A DNA stretch of 63,094 nucleotides, filler included, from Dimorphilus gyrociliatus (taxonomy: Eukaryota > Animalia > Annelida), in assembly GCA_904063045.1 (NCBI GenBank). It is 4 parts of 4 records of this genome, joined end to end, with 100 filler letters (N's around TTAATTAATTAA, not from the genome) between each part and the next. Parts side by side here need not be neighbours in the genome. Positions count along the whole stretch, not along the records: positions 1 to 27,504 come from CAJFCJ010000148.1; 3 more parts are not named here. One strand, given 5' to 3'. Of the stretch, positions 13,074 through 25,145 are shown one piece after another. Below the pieces are notes generated by a model. It ran no database searches. It saw nothing but the letters and a program-made list of their open reading frames with translations, and had not been told where the DNA came from. Each line of letters begins with the position of its first letter. The stretch's first letter is position 1. The position numbers were made by a program, and so were the translations under genes.

Positions 13074-13589
13074 TATATTTTATAGGAATTTCTGCTTCTT
13101 TAGACTTGTTGGCTTGAAAGGTTGTATTCTCTTTAAGAATTCTTTCTATCAACATTTCACTGAGTGATGGATAGGTATCATGGATAAATTTAAGATCTTG
13201 AACTAGGTTTTGAAAGTTATTCTTGTTTAGATTGTCATTGTTTATCTCACAGTATTCAGGAGTGTCAATATCTTCTGACATCAGCAGTAAGCAATCATGC
13301 ATTAGTCAAAATCTTGTATGAAATTGAAGATATTTTTTACAATCTGTTTCTCCAATATCATATAAAGTTAAGATTGGAAAAATGTTTTGACAAATACCCT
13401 TAAAGGTTCTTTTGTTAAAGAGACAGGCCTATTTGTGAATAAATAAATAATTAAGTCAATAGTAATGTGCACTTCAGTTCGATATAAATGCTCTTTTAGA
13501 GAACCGTAGACTTAACTCAATACAATTTAATATGAATAATTAACAATAGCATTGTTCGCTAGGTATGCACAATTCTATTATACATATAT

Positions 13590-13765
13590 GTGGCAATGCA
13601 TGTGTGCACGTGACCATATCAAATTCTTACAAACAAATGTAATGAATTTAGCATTAATTATAGAACTACGTTAGTCTTACTTTAATCACTTAAGAACATT
13701 TATTTAGCTAAAGAGTATCAAAAGGTCAAACTCAACTATTGTTGACTTTTGGACCAGTTCCAATT
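13590..13765. repeat. Dispersed ~180-bp repeat shared with 61275-61450 (inverted)
   Basis: aaattcttacaaa...aaaaggtcaaact..ac..tgttgacttttggaccag is present at both sites in opposite orientation. Confidence 0.7.
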
Positions 13766-14330
13766 TCTCAATGGTTGGATTAAATGTTACCAAAATTGTT
13801 ACATCTTACAAAAGAAGCTAATTCTCAAAACTTATCCAATAGAAACAATTAAAGCCCGAACCATTTTTAGAACATTCAATTGTGTCAAACATTACTTTGC
13901 ATTGTTGGGAATTTCAAACAATTAAACTCTTAGAAAAGTATATAAACCCTAAAAATTCAACAGTAGATAGCTTAGTTTTCTAACCTCTTGCTTAGAGCCT
14001 ACTGTAAAGGAAACATGGAATTCCTTCAAATCTGTTTTTACCTTAACATCTACTATTAAAATTCTCTCTTCTGTTGTGATTTTGGCAAATCAAGAGCAGT
14101 ACAACATCACATGTTTATTTAGGTTAAAGAAAACAAGAATCAAAAAACAAACTAAATGAATTTTTGTAAAAATTGAATCTTCATTTTTAATATTTGAGGT
14201 TTAGACATTAAAATGTCTGATAATAGTAAAAAGATCAAAGTAACAATAGGAATGTGGAAAGAGTGAAGAATAAGATAAAATCATTGAAACTCGAAAGTTT
14301 TTCGTTCCTCCTTAACAGAAGAGTTTAACA

Positions 14331-15211
14331 TTAAGCCAATTTTTTTTCCATTCTATAACATCCCTAAAAATAATATTAGTCTATAAAGATATACATTTAA
14401 ATGTATATAGCTACTAACCATTTCTCCAAACATGAATATCCTTCTACTATAATAGACAGTAGATGTAATATAACCCCAATTTTCGTACAACCGTTTAGCT
14501 CCATCATTTTGCAGAGCAACAATTAAAAATATTTTCTAAAAAAACAAATACAAAGAAATTGAAAAAATTAACGTTGAATTAAAATTTAATAAATTAACAT
14601 TAAATCCTCTTCTCTTCGCTTCTCTATCGGCTGAATTTAAGAGAATTTTACCAATTCCTTTACCTCTACACTCTGGATCAACAGCTAAAATATTAAGTAG
14701 ACATTCATTCTCTTTCATTTTAGACAAATAATCCAACATTCCGCAGGAGAGGAAAGCTATAAATAAAGATCTAAATGACAATTTAGCATTGTAATTGCCA
14801 TATTTCATTGGTGAAACGCTGGATTTTTTATAATAGAAAAATTTTTTAAATACACACACAAGAGAATAAATTTAAAAATAAAGACACACACTTTGGATAT
14901 TTCATTTGACAAATTCCAACAACTTTGCCATTTTCCTCTGCAACTAATGTGTTTGGAATTACTGTTGAATCAGCTCTAAAATCATGAATGAATAATTTTC
15001 TAACTTTATCCATTTCATCTTCTTTAAATGTATATTTCCATTTAGCAGGTAAACCAAGTAGAAATAAATCAACAATTCTCTCATTATCGCTATCATTTGC
15101 TTGTCTTATTGTTATATTAGGATTATTTATAATTTTATTGGGTGATTTCAATTCACAATTCTTATCAATATCCAATTTTGCCACCCTGAGAAACAATTTA
15201 AAAAACCACAT
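14331..15211 (-). CDS. GNAT-family N-acetyltransferase, four exons
   Basis: ITIRQANDSD, LVAEENGKVVG, acetyl-CoA motif LNILAVDPECRGKGIGKILL, NDGAKRLYENWGY, C-terminal YRMEKKLA*; three short GT-AG introns restore one frame; ATG 15211, TAA 14331-14333. Confidence 0.88.
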
Positions 15212-15461
15212 TTTGCACAAAGCTTAATATTTGTGATAGAAACACATTCAGAATGCTATTGATTTTCTTTAGGCCAGTAAAATCAATACTATTAGTCAGC
15301 CTAATAATTTTACGAGTGTCACCAAGTTATTTTTTTTTTTATGAAATTATTATCAACTCTTATCAGTTCCTTAAATATTAAATACTAGCGTGTTTACTAA
15401 CTAAATGATGTATGTAAAAAGGGTCATACAAATTTCAAAAACTATAAAAGTCGATATTACT

Positions 15462-15667
15462 GGATTGGGGTGCGAACATACCCATGGCGGATTGAAGCCT
15501 ACCTTAATATATCTGAAATTGAGTGTAATATCTGTGTTTTTTATATTTCCTAACCCTAAATTGGAACCCCTCTAACAATAAATTCATCCAAATATTCAAA
15601 CTAACCTTTTCCTAAAATGTTTTCAGGGTTGGAAATATTTGCTAACAGGTATGTTTGCACCCAACCC
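15462..15667. mobile_element. Mutator-type MITE
   Basis: TIRs ggattggggtgcgaacatacc / ggtatgtttgcacccaaccc; flanking direct repeat (c/t)gatattact; cctaaccctaa inside. Confidence 0.8.
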
Positions 15668-16089
15668 TGATATTACTATATATACTATCAGTTTTATATT
15701 TTGAATAAATATTGCATTGAATTTCCTGCAAAGCCATTTTGTAATCCTAAAGATTGATTTTGTTAATTGTACAATCATAATCTAGGCCTAATTGAAAAGA
15801 GGAATGATTAACAGTATTTAGTATTGAAAAGGGATAGAGCTGGATTGAAATTAGCCAATAGTTTTATTTTTATATATAAAAAATAGAATAAAAATTTAAA
15901 AAATATTGAATATTGTTTGGCAGTTGTACACATACATTCATCAGCTATATTCTACAATAGAGAAGTAGTATTGAACCAGTATTGTACTATGCAGATAGCA
16001 CTGATAAAGATAAGCAGTAGTGACCTAGTTTCGCATAGGGCAGTGCATACACATTACGCAGCAATAAAACCTATTAAATTATATAAAGA

Positions 16090-16590
16090 ATATTTGCTAT
16101 TTGCAACCTAGCAAATGTTTCATCTCCTGTGACAATTTTTGACAAAAAATCCTTTCCTTCTTCACCATATTTTTCTAGGAGTTCTGTAGACCTCTCTACC
16201 CTTTTGTCTTTCTGATACCAATCAAATTGGTAGGGAATCCATCTTGAGACAATCTTTCTCATCCCAAGACTGGAAATTAAATCTTCAACAGCAGCATGAC
16301 CTATTTTCAACATTTGAGATATCTCAGCCTGGCTTATTTTCCTATTATCTCTGATTAGAGCAATAACTCTCTCCCTATTTTCATTGTTACTGGCTGTTCT
16401 TGGGCGTCCCTTCCTATCATCATCAAGTATATTTGTTCTTCCTCCTTTAAATTCTCTAACCCACCTTCTTACTGAACTTTCATCAAGTGTTTTTTTACCA
16501 AAAAAAACTTTTAGTTGCTTGTGAATATTGATTGCAGTAACTTGCTGTGATGCAAGAAATTGAATAATTACTCTCTGCTTTATACAGTCA
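16090..16590 (-). pseudogene. Truncated mariner transposase (HTH region to first catalytic Asp)
   Basis: SVRRWVREFKGGRTNILDDDRKGRP, MRKIVSRWIP and IVTGDETF are typical of mariner; homology ends right after GDET. Confidence 0.8.
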
Positions 16591-16715
16591 TCTATACTGT
16601 GCCACCACTAAAGTCACAATAACTTTTCATTCAGGGATCACAAGTTGTGAAAGTTTCTTAGTGATAGTGCATTAATGAATTCACTTTCTATTAATAATGA
16701 TAATATAGGCCTACA

Positions 16716-16950
16716 ATGCACCATTTTTTACCAACTCAATCTGAAAATTTATGTCGTAGATTGAAACAATTGATTTCAGAATACAAAGATGGAATTGGTC
16801 CAATTAAAGAGCTTATACAAAATGCTGATGATGCTAGAGCAACAACAGTCAAAATTCTGTTAGATGAAAGATCTTCATCGGTTGAAGATGAAAGTAAATA
16901 TTTCATTGGTCCATCCATTTGGGTCTACAATGATGGATTATTCTGTGAAA
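16716..16950 (+). pseudogene. Sacsin-like HATPase (SRR) N-terminal fragment
   Basis: LCRRLKQLISEYKDG..IKELIQNADDARAT.VKILLDER and GPSIWVYNDGLF match the sacsin repeat start; downstream sequence degenerates and runs into a convergent GPCR. Confidence 0.75.
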
Positions 16951-17166
16951 GTGTTAAAAATATCGATATTGATAGAGTAGGAATGTTTTTGAAACTTTTT
17001 TGTAAAGAGATGAAAATACTTAAATCATTGCAAGTAATTTGTTTAAAAGTATGGATAAACATTAAATAAACATTGTTTATTAGTATTGAAAAACAATGAT
17101 AAAAATTTCACAGTCTCTCTCCTCTCTCTCTCTCTCTTTCAGTCTTATCAACAAGCAAAAAACTGA

Positions 17167-18114
17167 TTAGCTATTTATCGATTGAATAGGCGATACAGTG
17201 TGTTGAAATTTGAAGAAACTCTTTAATGATAATTTAATTTCCTTATTACAAAGAATAGTTATAATAGGATTATTCACTGCTTGTAATAAAGTTATATAAC
17301 TTGCTGAATTTGTTAACTTCAACATAAGAACATCATTGGTAGTTATTGAAATGTAAATAAAAATTGAGACGATTATCCAAAGAAAAACCATCATAAATAA
17401 TTGTATTAAAGTTGCTTTTGATGATTTCGAAATATTTTTTATCTTTTGAGTTTGTAATTTAATATCTTTTGCGTGTTTTTTAGCAATTTTTAAAATTTGA
17501 ATATGTAATATTAACGCTCCCAGAATTAGAGATAGAAAATATCCAAGATATACAAAATAATATTCTGCATCGATGGAGAAATATCCTTGACATGTTTGCC
17601 TTTTTCCATAACCCAATAATGAAATATAACTTGGAAATGAACATATCAAAATGGAGAATAAAATGGCGGAAACTATGATTAATACTAATCTATTAGGACT
17701 AAAATACCTTTGAAAATGAAATGGATATTTTATCATTATATATCTATATAAAAAATTTAGGAATAGAAAACACTGAGCTATTGTATATGGAATTACAATG
17801 CTCAATTGAGCCAAAATACAGAGAAAAGGATGGAAAGTATCAGGAACGAACGATCTACCAAGAAATATAATTGTACTATACCAAATTGTTGTTATTAAAT
17901 CGCATATTGTCACTGCTGGCATAAAAATTACAACTGTCTCTCTAATAATTTTAAATTTTCCATAAATAAACAATACAAGACAATTGAAAAATAATCCTCC
18001 TATGCAAATTAAAATTTGTAGTGCTAAATTAAATTTTCTCTCCCAATCTTCATATTCAATTGTCAACTGTTGAGCTGGTTGAGGAGATGTAACAGTTTCA
18101 TTTGAGCTGTTCAT
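17167..18114 (-). CDS. Single-exon orphan rhodopsin-class GPCR
   Basis: Seven hydrophobic segments; N-terminal N-glycosylation sites; TM1 GLFFN, TM2 ICDL, TM3 YRY(IMIKYPF), TM7 NNPII; ATG 18114. Confidence 0.85.
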   Translation of the reverse strand: MNSSNETVTSPQPAQQLTIEYEDWERKFNLALQILICIGGLFFNCLVLFIYGKFKIIRETVVIFMPAVTICDLITTIWYSTIIFLGRSFVPDTFHPFLCILAQLSIVIPYTIAQCFLFLNFLYRYIMIKYPFHFQRYFSPNRLVLIIVSAILFSILICSFPSYISLLGYGKRQTCQGYFSIDAEYYFVYLGYFLSLILGALILHIQILKIAKKHAKDIKLQTQKIKNISKSSKATLIQLFMMVFLWIIVSIFIYISITTNDVLMLKLTNSASYITLLQAVNNPIITILCNKEIKLSLKSFFKFQHTVSPIQSINS

Positions 18115-20040
18115 ATTCAATACAAATCTGTAGCCTGTGTTGAATGGTTTTTCAGCAATATCTGATTGTTTTTTACTGTCTTATTCATTAAATAAAGTTT
18201 ATAGTTAATGAATAAAATATAGAGGAGATTATATGATTAATTCATGTTTTAATTGGGAAAAAAACGATTAGACTATATAAATATTATTACATTTATTATA
18301 TTTCTTGTTGGTTTAACTATTACTCTTCCTGGTTCATTGCCTTAAAGGATTATTAGGGTTAGCAGGAATGGATGGATTAACTCATTCTATCATTATGCTT
18401 ATAAAACATTTATACCAAAGTCATCATTTGAAAAAAAACTCTATTTATACAACAAATGGAATTTTTCAATATACTAAATGATTAACTTTTGTAATATTAC
18501 AGAATTGAGGAATAAAACTGGTAGGAATCTTTTTTTCTCTCTCAATTATAAATTATCAAAAGAGAGAGAGAGAGATTTAATAAAAAATTCAAAAGATTTT
18601 GTGTATCTTCTATCTGGAAGACAACAACTATATTACAGAAATTGGTAATGATGTGGAACAGAATAAAGAGATAAAAACTGTAGACCCCAAGTTGTTAAGT
18701 TTTAAATTGAGGTGTTTCAACTGTGGGCCAAGTATTTTCAAGGTTTGTTGAAAGATGTTTAATTACACCACATTGGAAAAAATCATTTTCTATGGTTGAT
18801 TATCTCGTAACTTAAATCCATTTCAATTGTTTTTATAGGAGTTTTGATCTAATGCATCTAAATTGGCAGTATACTTTAATCAACAACTCTACATTACATT
18901 ATATTGCATAACTAATAATATCTAATCATTACTTATTAAAATTGCAGTAGAATAGATAATCAGAAGGCACAGTTTTAAAAGGAATATGTTGTTTATAAAA
19001 TAAAGTGTATGTTGTGTTACAATTTTGGTTTTCACTTGGTAATTTTAATACATTTTTCGAACTATCAGAATTTTTTATGCTAATTTTTTGTATTTTCATT
19101 TTTAGGAACTTTGATTGAAGATATTCATGTTAAAAGGCATCATTAAAAAACTCTTAACTATTTCGGTTTACTTTCATTTCTTACTTTTTCAAAATTTGCT
19201 TTAAAATAGACTTTAATATTTCTATAAATTAAACAAATCAGATATAAAAATATACAATTGTAGTTTGGTTGTTGTTAAAAAATTTTTGATTTTGGATTAT
19301 GAAGATCTGAGTGAAATTGTTGATCTCTTGTCATTTCCATGGAAGAAAGTGTTTTTTTGGATTATGTAGAAAAACACACTAATTCAAAAAAGTTAATTTA
19401 TTAAAAAAGATATTTTAGAAAGAAAGTTTAGAGAAATCTTTTTACTTTTCATCAACAGTGCCATCTACAGGATACCTTTTAATTTAAATTTAAAAAGCCA
19501 ATAATGATTCTCTATACCATTGATGGATACAGCAAAAACTATACATATTACAAAGAACAGTGTAATTGACACATTACTGCTGAATAGTGAATGAAATCTA
19601 AATTTAGAACTAAAGCATAATTGTTATTTTATTCAACTGCTTTTAGTTTAAACTTAAAAAAGTTTTGGTAAGTCTATAAAAGGAATTGCATTTCCCCAGT
19701 TTGGAGACAAATGTAAGTAAACAAAATCACAAACATTACTTGAAATTAGTATGAAAAATTTGAAGACAAAAATCTTTGAGGAAATAAACAGAATATTCTT
19801 TGTCTTTTGCTAGAGTCTGACAATGCATTAAGATATTTTGAAAGAGACTATGTGTACTTTCCTGTAAGGTTGTAGGTAATTACTGGTCCAAATAGAACCC
19901 AACCAGGAGTAAGCCACTTAGAAGAGAGATGTAGAATTGATGAAGGATGAATATAGAACCAAAATGTAAGAATAATATAACTGTATTCTAAAGTAATACT
20001 AGACCTGTTCACTAAGGCAGTTGATTCAGGACTGAATGCC

Positions 20041-20575
20041 TGTTAGTACCTACGCCCTGCTTTTATACAATTCCTTATCAGTTGTTTATGCCTTGGCTGT
20101 CAACAACAAGGGTCTAAACCCAGATAAGGATTGTTCACAACAAACAGGGTCAAGGGTTATCATATTATGCAATAGTGATGTAAACAACAACTTTGTGTAG
20201 GTTACCCCTCAAGGGTCAATTCTTACATCATATTCATGTAAATAAACACTTGTTGTTGTTGTCAACATGTTTGTTATGTAACATCTTATCCTTTGCCTAT
20301 AAAAGGGGTTGATTCTGGTAGTTCGGTGCCATCTACCCTAGAGGCAACATCTACTTCAACACTTCCACCATTTGTAAGTATCTATTATAAAATATCTATA
20401 AACTATAGTTCATAAGTGTACACTATGATAGCTTATATGAATACACTTATTAAATATATTGAGTTTGATATTGAATAGCTTTTAGATAGAATTCAATGCC
20501 TACTGTCCTATGTAAGATTGTTTCTTGTCCAATTCAAATAGTTGGTCTGTATTTATGCCTTCATAAATCAAAACA
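20041..20575 (+). mobile_element. Putative solo LTR, BEL/Pao-like
   Basis: TGTTAG...AAAACA termini, ctataaaagg TATA near 20297, gtaagta motif, GC higher than flanks; TSD not clean. Confidence 0.4.
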
Positions 20576-20775
20576 TTCCATAAAATAAATTTTCTACATT
20601 ATAAATTGCTTTTCATTAGAAAAATGTCATATACTAAATTTAGAAAACAGCATTACTTGACTCAATTTCTTCAAAGTCTTATTTCAGCCAATTCTAACAT
20701 AAAATGTTAAATACTTACAAAAGCCTTTTGTTAATCCTAAAATGAAAATTGTAAATGTTACATTTACTTTGAATG

Positions 20776-22364
20776 TTAATCAATTCTTTTGAAAAAGTAG
20801 TGAGTTATTTTCAAAGGTTTTAAAATATCATTTACATCAAGCAAAGACTTTTTATTTCTCTGTACAATACTTTCTTTCAAAAAATCATTGTCAACTTGAA
20901 CAGAAACTGTTTCACTGTTCAAACTATCTTCCCCAATTTGAACTGCTGAGAAGAATGTAAATTTTTTCTTGCCAATATCTCCAATCAGTCCACTCATTTC
21001 ATTGTAATCTTTAGGCACAAGCCTAAAGCCTACATCCAGGTGCATTTCGCCTAAAAAGTAATTAGACTTCTCAACAGCAATTGCAATTGATGACTTAAAT
21101 TCAGTGAAAATAATCTTTTTCCCATTTGCAATTTCACATTTCAATTGATTAGTCTACAAAATCATTTGCTTTGAGTTTTCATTCCATTGAATGGTATCTT
21201 TATGGCCAAGATCAATATCGTTTAATGATACTGTGACATTGGCAGATGGAGATTGCATGACAATTTGATGCATATAGCAATCATCTTTCAGTTGGCCAAA
21301 AATCTTTATTCTGCTGTGAGAAAATCCAGCAATATATATATAATCTCCCATTTGCCCAGTTACATCATAACATATTTGTTTAGTAGACATAGTTGATTTG
21401 TCAACAACATTTTGTGCAAAGTGTGGATCTCCTGTTGCAGATGCCCGGTGAAGGAGCATTGGCTGAAAAGTAAACTGGAATTTCATTGTGAAATGTTTTG
21501 CTACCAGCTACACAATTTGCAGATATGAAAAAGGACTCTTGAGAACCAGTTTTAGTAACTGTAAATGTCACTGGATCTTGATCAACTGCAACTGGTCCAA
21601 CAGTATCAACTGTAGCTATAGAAGCATCTGGTGGAGTTATGCTAAAATAGAGAAAAGTAGATGTATAATTGATGTTGAAATTGTAATTATTACCTGCATA
21701 CACCACCACCAGTATTACCAACTATTGAGACTTTAGTTGGTGAAGTTTGCTCAGTTGACATCTCAATATCTATACCATAGACCATAGGTAGATTATTACT
21801 ACCATGTTCTAATAAAACATTACAAATATCACAGAAAATTAAAAAAAATTTTGAAAAGGAATAATGATAATACATACGTTCTTGTGAATAAACATTTCCT
21901 CTAACCTGAAATTCAAGTGTAGTCCCTCCACTCTCACATGTATAAGAATAAGTTAGTGCATAATCTTCTGTTATTGGTGAAAACAGAGTGCCTTGCAAAG
22001 TGTGAGATACAAGGCCAGAATTTAATACTTTTAAGCTTTGTAATACAATGGTTCCATCTGGTTTTGTAAGTCTATAGCTGTAAAAGAAATTAAATTGATA
22101 GATTCCTGATTTGAATGTTAATGTAAAAAGGCACCTGCAAGTAGGTGATCCGACTTTTTTTCTGAAATAATGTTGTAAGAATCAGCATCTTCCAATATTA
22201 CAGCTGGAGATTCAACTACAAAACTAAAACTGTCTGAATGAACTGTAATTGCTGTAAATAAATAAAGACATATTAATTTGATTTCATATTAAAAATAATC
22301 TAAAAATCATACAACCAAAACTCAGAAAAAGAATAGCAAACTTAATTATTGTAAAAGCCTTCAT
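20776..22364 (-). CDS. Secreted multi-exon protein ending in an inter-alpha-trypsin-inhibitor heavy chain C-terminal-like domain; one apparent frameshift
   Basis: Signal exon MKAFTIIKFAILFLSFG|gt; ATGDPHF...ICYDVTG and GLIG recall the ITI_HC_C pattern; an extra T in tacttttcag near 21470 shifts the frame. Confidence 0.65.
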
Positions 22365-22778
22365 GATTTCTGGATAACTACAAAGAGTTGGGTGCTTTTT
22401 AAGGCTTTTTTAACAATAGACCAGGAGACAATTTGAAATAAACAGTCTATAAAATATTTCTATATTTTTCTCACCAAGCTACTTGAATAAACAGAATAGA
22501 CTATTTTATTCAAAAAATACCTTTCTTCTTCTATTGAATCACTGATATATTGAACATATTTAATTTCTAGTTCCAAACAAGCTAATTTTATAGGATTTAT
22601 TTACACTGCCATGTCCATTTGAGTCACATATCCACATATTTAGCAATAGAAATATTAAAAATTAGAAATTAATAAAAATCTCATAGGTAGGGGCAAAAAT
22701 TAGTTAACAAAAAAGAGTGTTGATGTAACACTAAGGCTTTTGAACAAAATTAAACCAAAAATATAACCAAAGTTGTAC

Positions 22779-22985
22779 AGGGTCAACAGAAAATGTCCAT
22801 AAATGAGAAATTTCAAGACTAGATTTTGGATTAAGAAATGGTTATGAAGAAGAAGACAGCAACTGATTTGTACTCAGGAGGGTCTCCTTTAAGGGTTAGG
22901 GGTAATGCAAAAAGTTAGATACCGCCAAGGGCTGGGTTAGGGTTAGGGTAAAAGCACTGATTTGTGGACACTTTCTGTCGCATCC
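22779..22985. mobile_element. Mutator-type MITE, same family as 11279-11487, inverted
   Basis: Ends gggtcaacagaaaatgtcc / ggacactttctgtcgcatcc; gggttagggttaggg at ~22934-22948; no clear TSD. Confidence 0.75.
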
Positions 22986-24339
22986 ATAATGCATTTAAGC
23001 AGATTATGAGCATTACTATGCTTCCAGTTGAAAAACTCGCTCAAGAAAGTATCTGCTACTAGAACATCTGAGGTTGAAAAAAATTGCTCAGCTTAAATGG
23101 AAGAATGTTTTAGATGGTCATAAAACTGCTGTTACGTTACCAAATAGGTGTATACTTGCTCTCACAAATTGTACTGTGTGGCCCTCCATTAAACAAATTA
23201 GAGATAGCCTCACAAAATAACTTGAGTAGGGGTGCAAAAGTACCTGGATGTGAATGTACCCCACTGGTTAATTGATTGGCATTATGACAGTTGATTGCCA
23301 TTATCATAATTATGTTTTTAAACCCATGTAAATCATTAGAAATGTCTTGAGTGAATTCAATCTCCAGCCTATTTCTTATTTTCATTTTTTTTCTAAACTT
23401 TAATTGACAGTAGTCTATGTATAAGGAGAACAGTCAAATGCAAAATCAGCATTATTTGCTCAACTTTTGGTGTACTTAGAACAAGTTTTACTTAATGCAA
23501 CAACTTGATTTTCTATGAAATATTATTTATTTCTTGACATCTATACTTGCAAGTTTTCTCTACCCAGCTTTTCTTATTCTCAGTTCTATTTGGAACTGTT
23601 GTTGTTGATGGATTTTTCATATACAATATTCGTGTTCATTCCTTAAGTAAGGGATATACTTAGATGCAAATGCATATCGATCTAGCAGAAGGTTTGGGTT
23701 TAGAAGGAAATTTAAAAGAAAAATAGATAGAAGCAAAAATTTTGCAATAATTTTAATTAATTTTTGATTTCTTAATGTAGCATTACAATATAGTTGTCAA
23801 CTTTTCAATAAAAAATGACTCTAAAGTGTTGTGTTTAATGGCTAAACTATTCTCTTCTACCAAAGAACTAACTGATTCCATTGAATATCTTTCTGTTGAT
23901 ATATATTTTAGTTAAACTTCTGGTTATGGAGGATTCCAATGAATTAATAAGGGAAGCAACTGTTGACTAGGAAGGATGGTAATGTACCTAGCCTTTACAA
24001 CATTTAATCAACTTTTTAGGACTGTCTACACTAGCTCCCCTAAATCCTGGCTTTACATTTCCTGGCAGAGGAATTAGTTGTAATACTTTTCTGACACATT
24101 TATCTAATTTTCAGTCTACAGTTGCTTGTTCAGACAATCCACACTAAAATATAAAATGGTAGACATTATTTTTTACTAATCTTCCACTGTATGGATGTAT
24201 ATTGTTAGTAGGAATCTTATGATTTTCATTTTAAAATTGTGCAAAGATTTTCCACAAAGGCTATTCCTATAACATTAAATTAAGAACAAAAGTAAGCTGT
24301 TGTTTGACTAGTGAACAATGTTCATGGATTGGAAATTTT

Positions 24340-25145
24340 TTGAAAAAATAATCCAAATTGAAAACGATAATTTTATCAAACAATGACGAATTAGGAAGTG
24401 GACTTATTGATATTTGTGAAAGACTTGAACAGAGTTAAGATATTTTAAAATTCAAAATTCAGGTTTGGATGCTGAACAAAGAAAACAATTGAAAATTTTT
24501 AATTCAACAGTGATCACAGACTAATAAAGAATTTATCTTATACAACTCTCCTACAAAATCAACAGTTGATATTTCAGTTCTCTAACTGTCAGATAGTTGT
24601 TTAGAACTAGAAGCTCATTTTACTCAATACATATTCTTTGAAGGAAATATTGGTGTTTTGTTGATTAATTTCTACTGAAATTACATTTATTAAGACTAAT
24701 TGTGGACAAACTTAAAAGAATGTACATTGTTCTGAGGAAACAGTAATTCTGGTTCCACAAAAACAGAAAACATGCACAAAATTATATAAATAAGGTAATT
24801 TTTGCAAAGGAGATAAATATCTCTTTTATCCAAAAAAAAAATTAAATATATCATTTTGTTAGGAATAGTGAAATTGGGAATATTTCAACAAATATAGATG
24901 GCGCTCGTCTAGCATTTACTAGTGAAACAGATACAATTGGAAATAGTTTGATTGGATCAATAAATGTATTTAAGTATTCTGGGCAGTATTCTTAACCAAT
25001 CTGCTACCCAAAATATACAATCAAAATGGAGGGTTAGCCACATCTGAAGATTATATTTTACATATCATCCTATTAAAAAATTCAAACAATAGATCAAAGT
25101 TTAAATGAAAATATTGGAAACGGAATTGATTGCATTGTTGAATAA
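24340..25145 (+). pseudogene. Two short remnants of the RI-like LRR repeat found in the TRIM-LRR gene
   Basis: LSNNDELGSGLIDICERLEQS (~24375-24435) and IQTIDQSLNENIGNGIDCIVE* (~25080-25145) resemble the repeat LSSNKCMGNGLLKICNGLEKS of 30022-32535. Confidence 0.55.

Noticed and set aside
23137-23450. hAT transposase dimerisation-domain relic (KIRNRL)
   Set aside because: Only a four-residue motif; no ERxFS motif or TIRs found.
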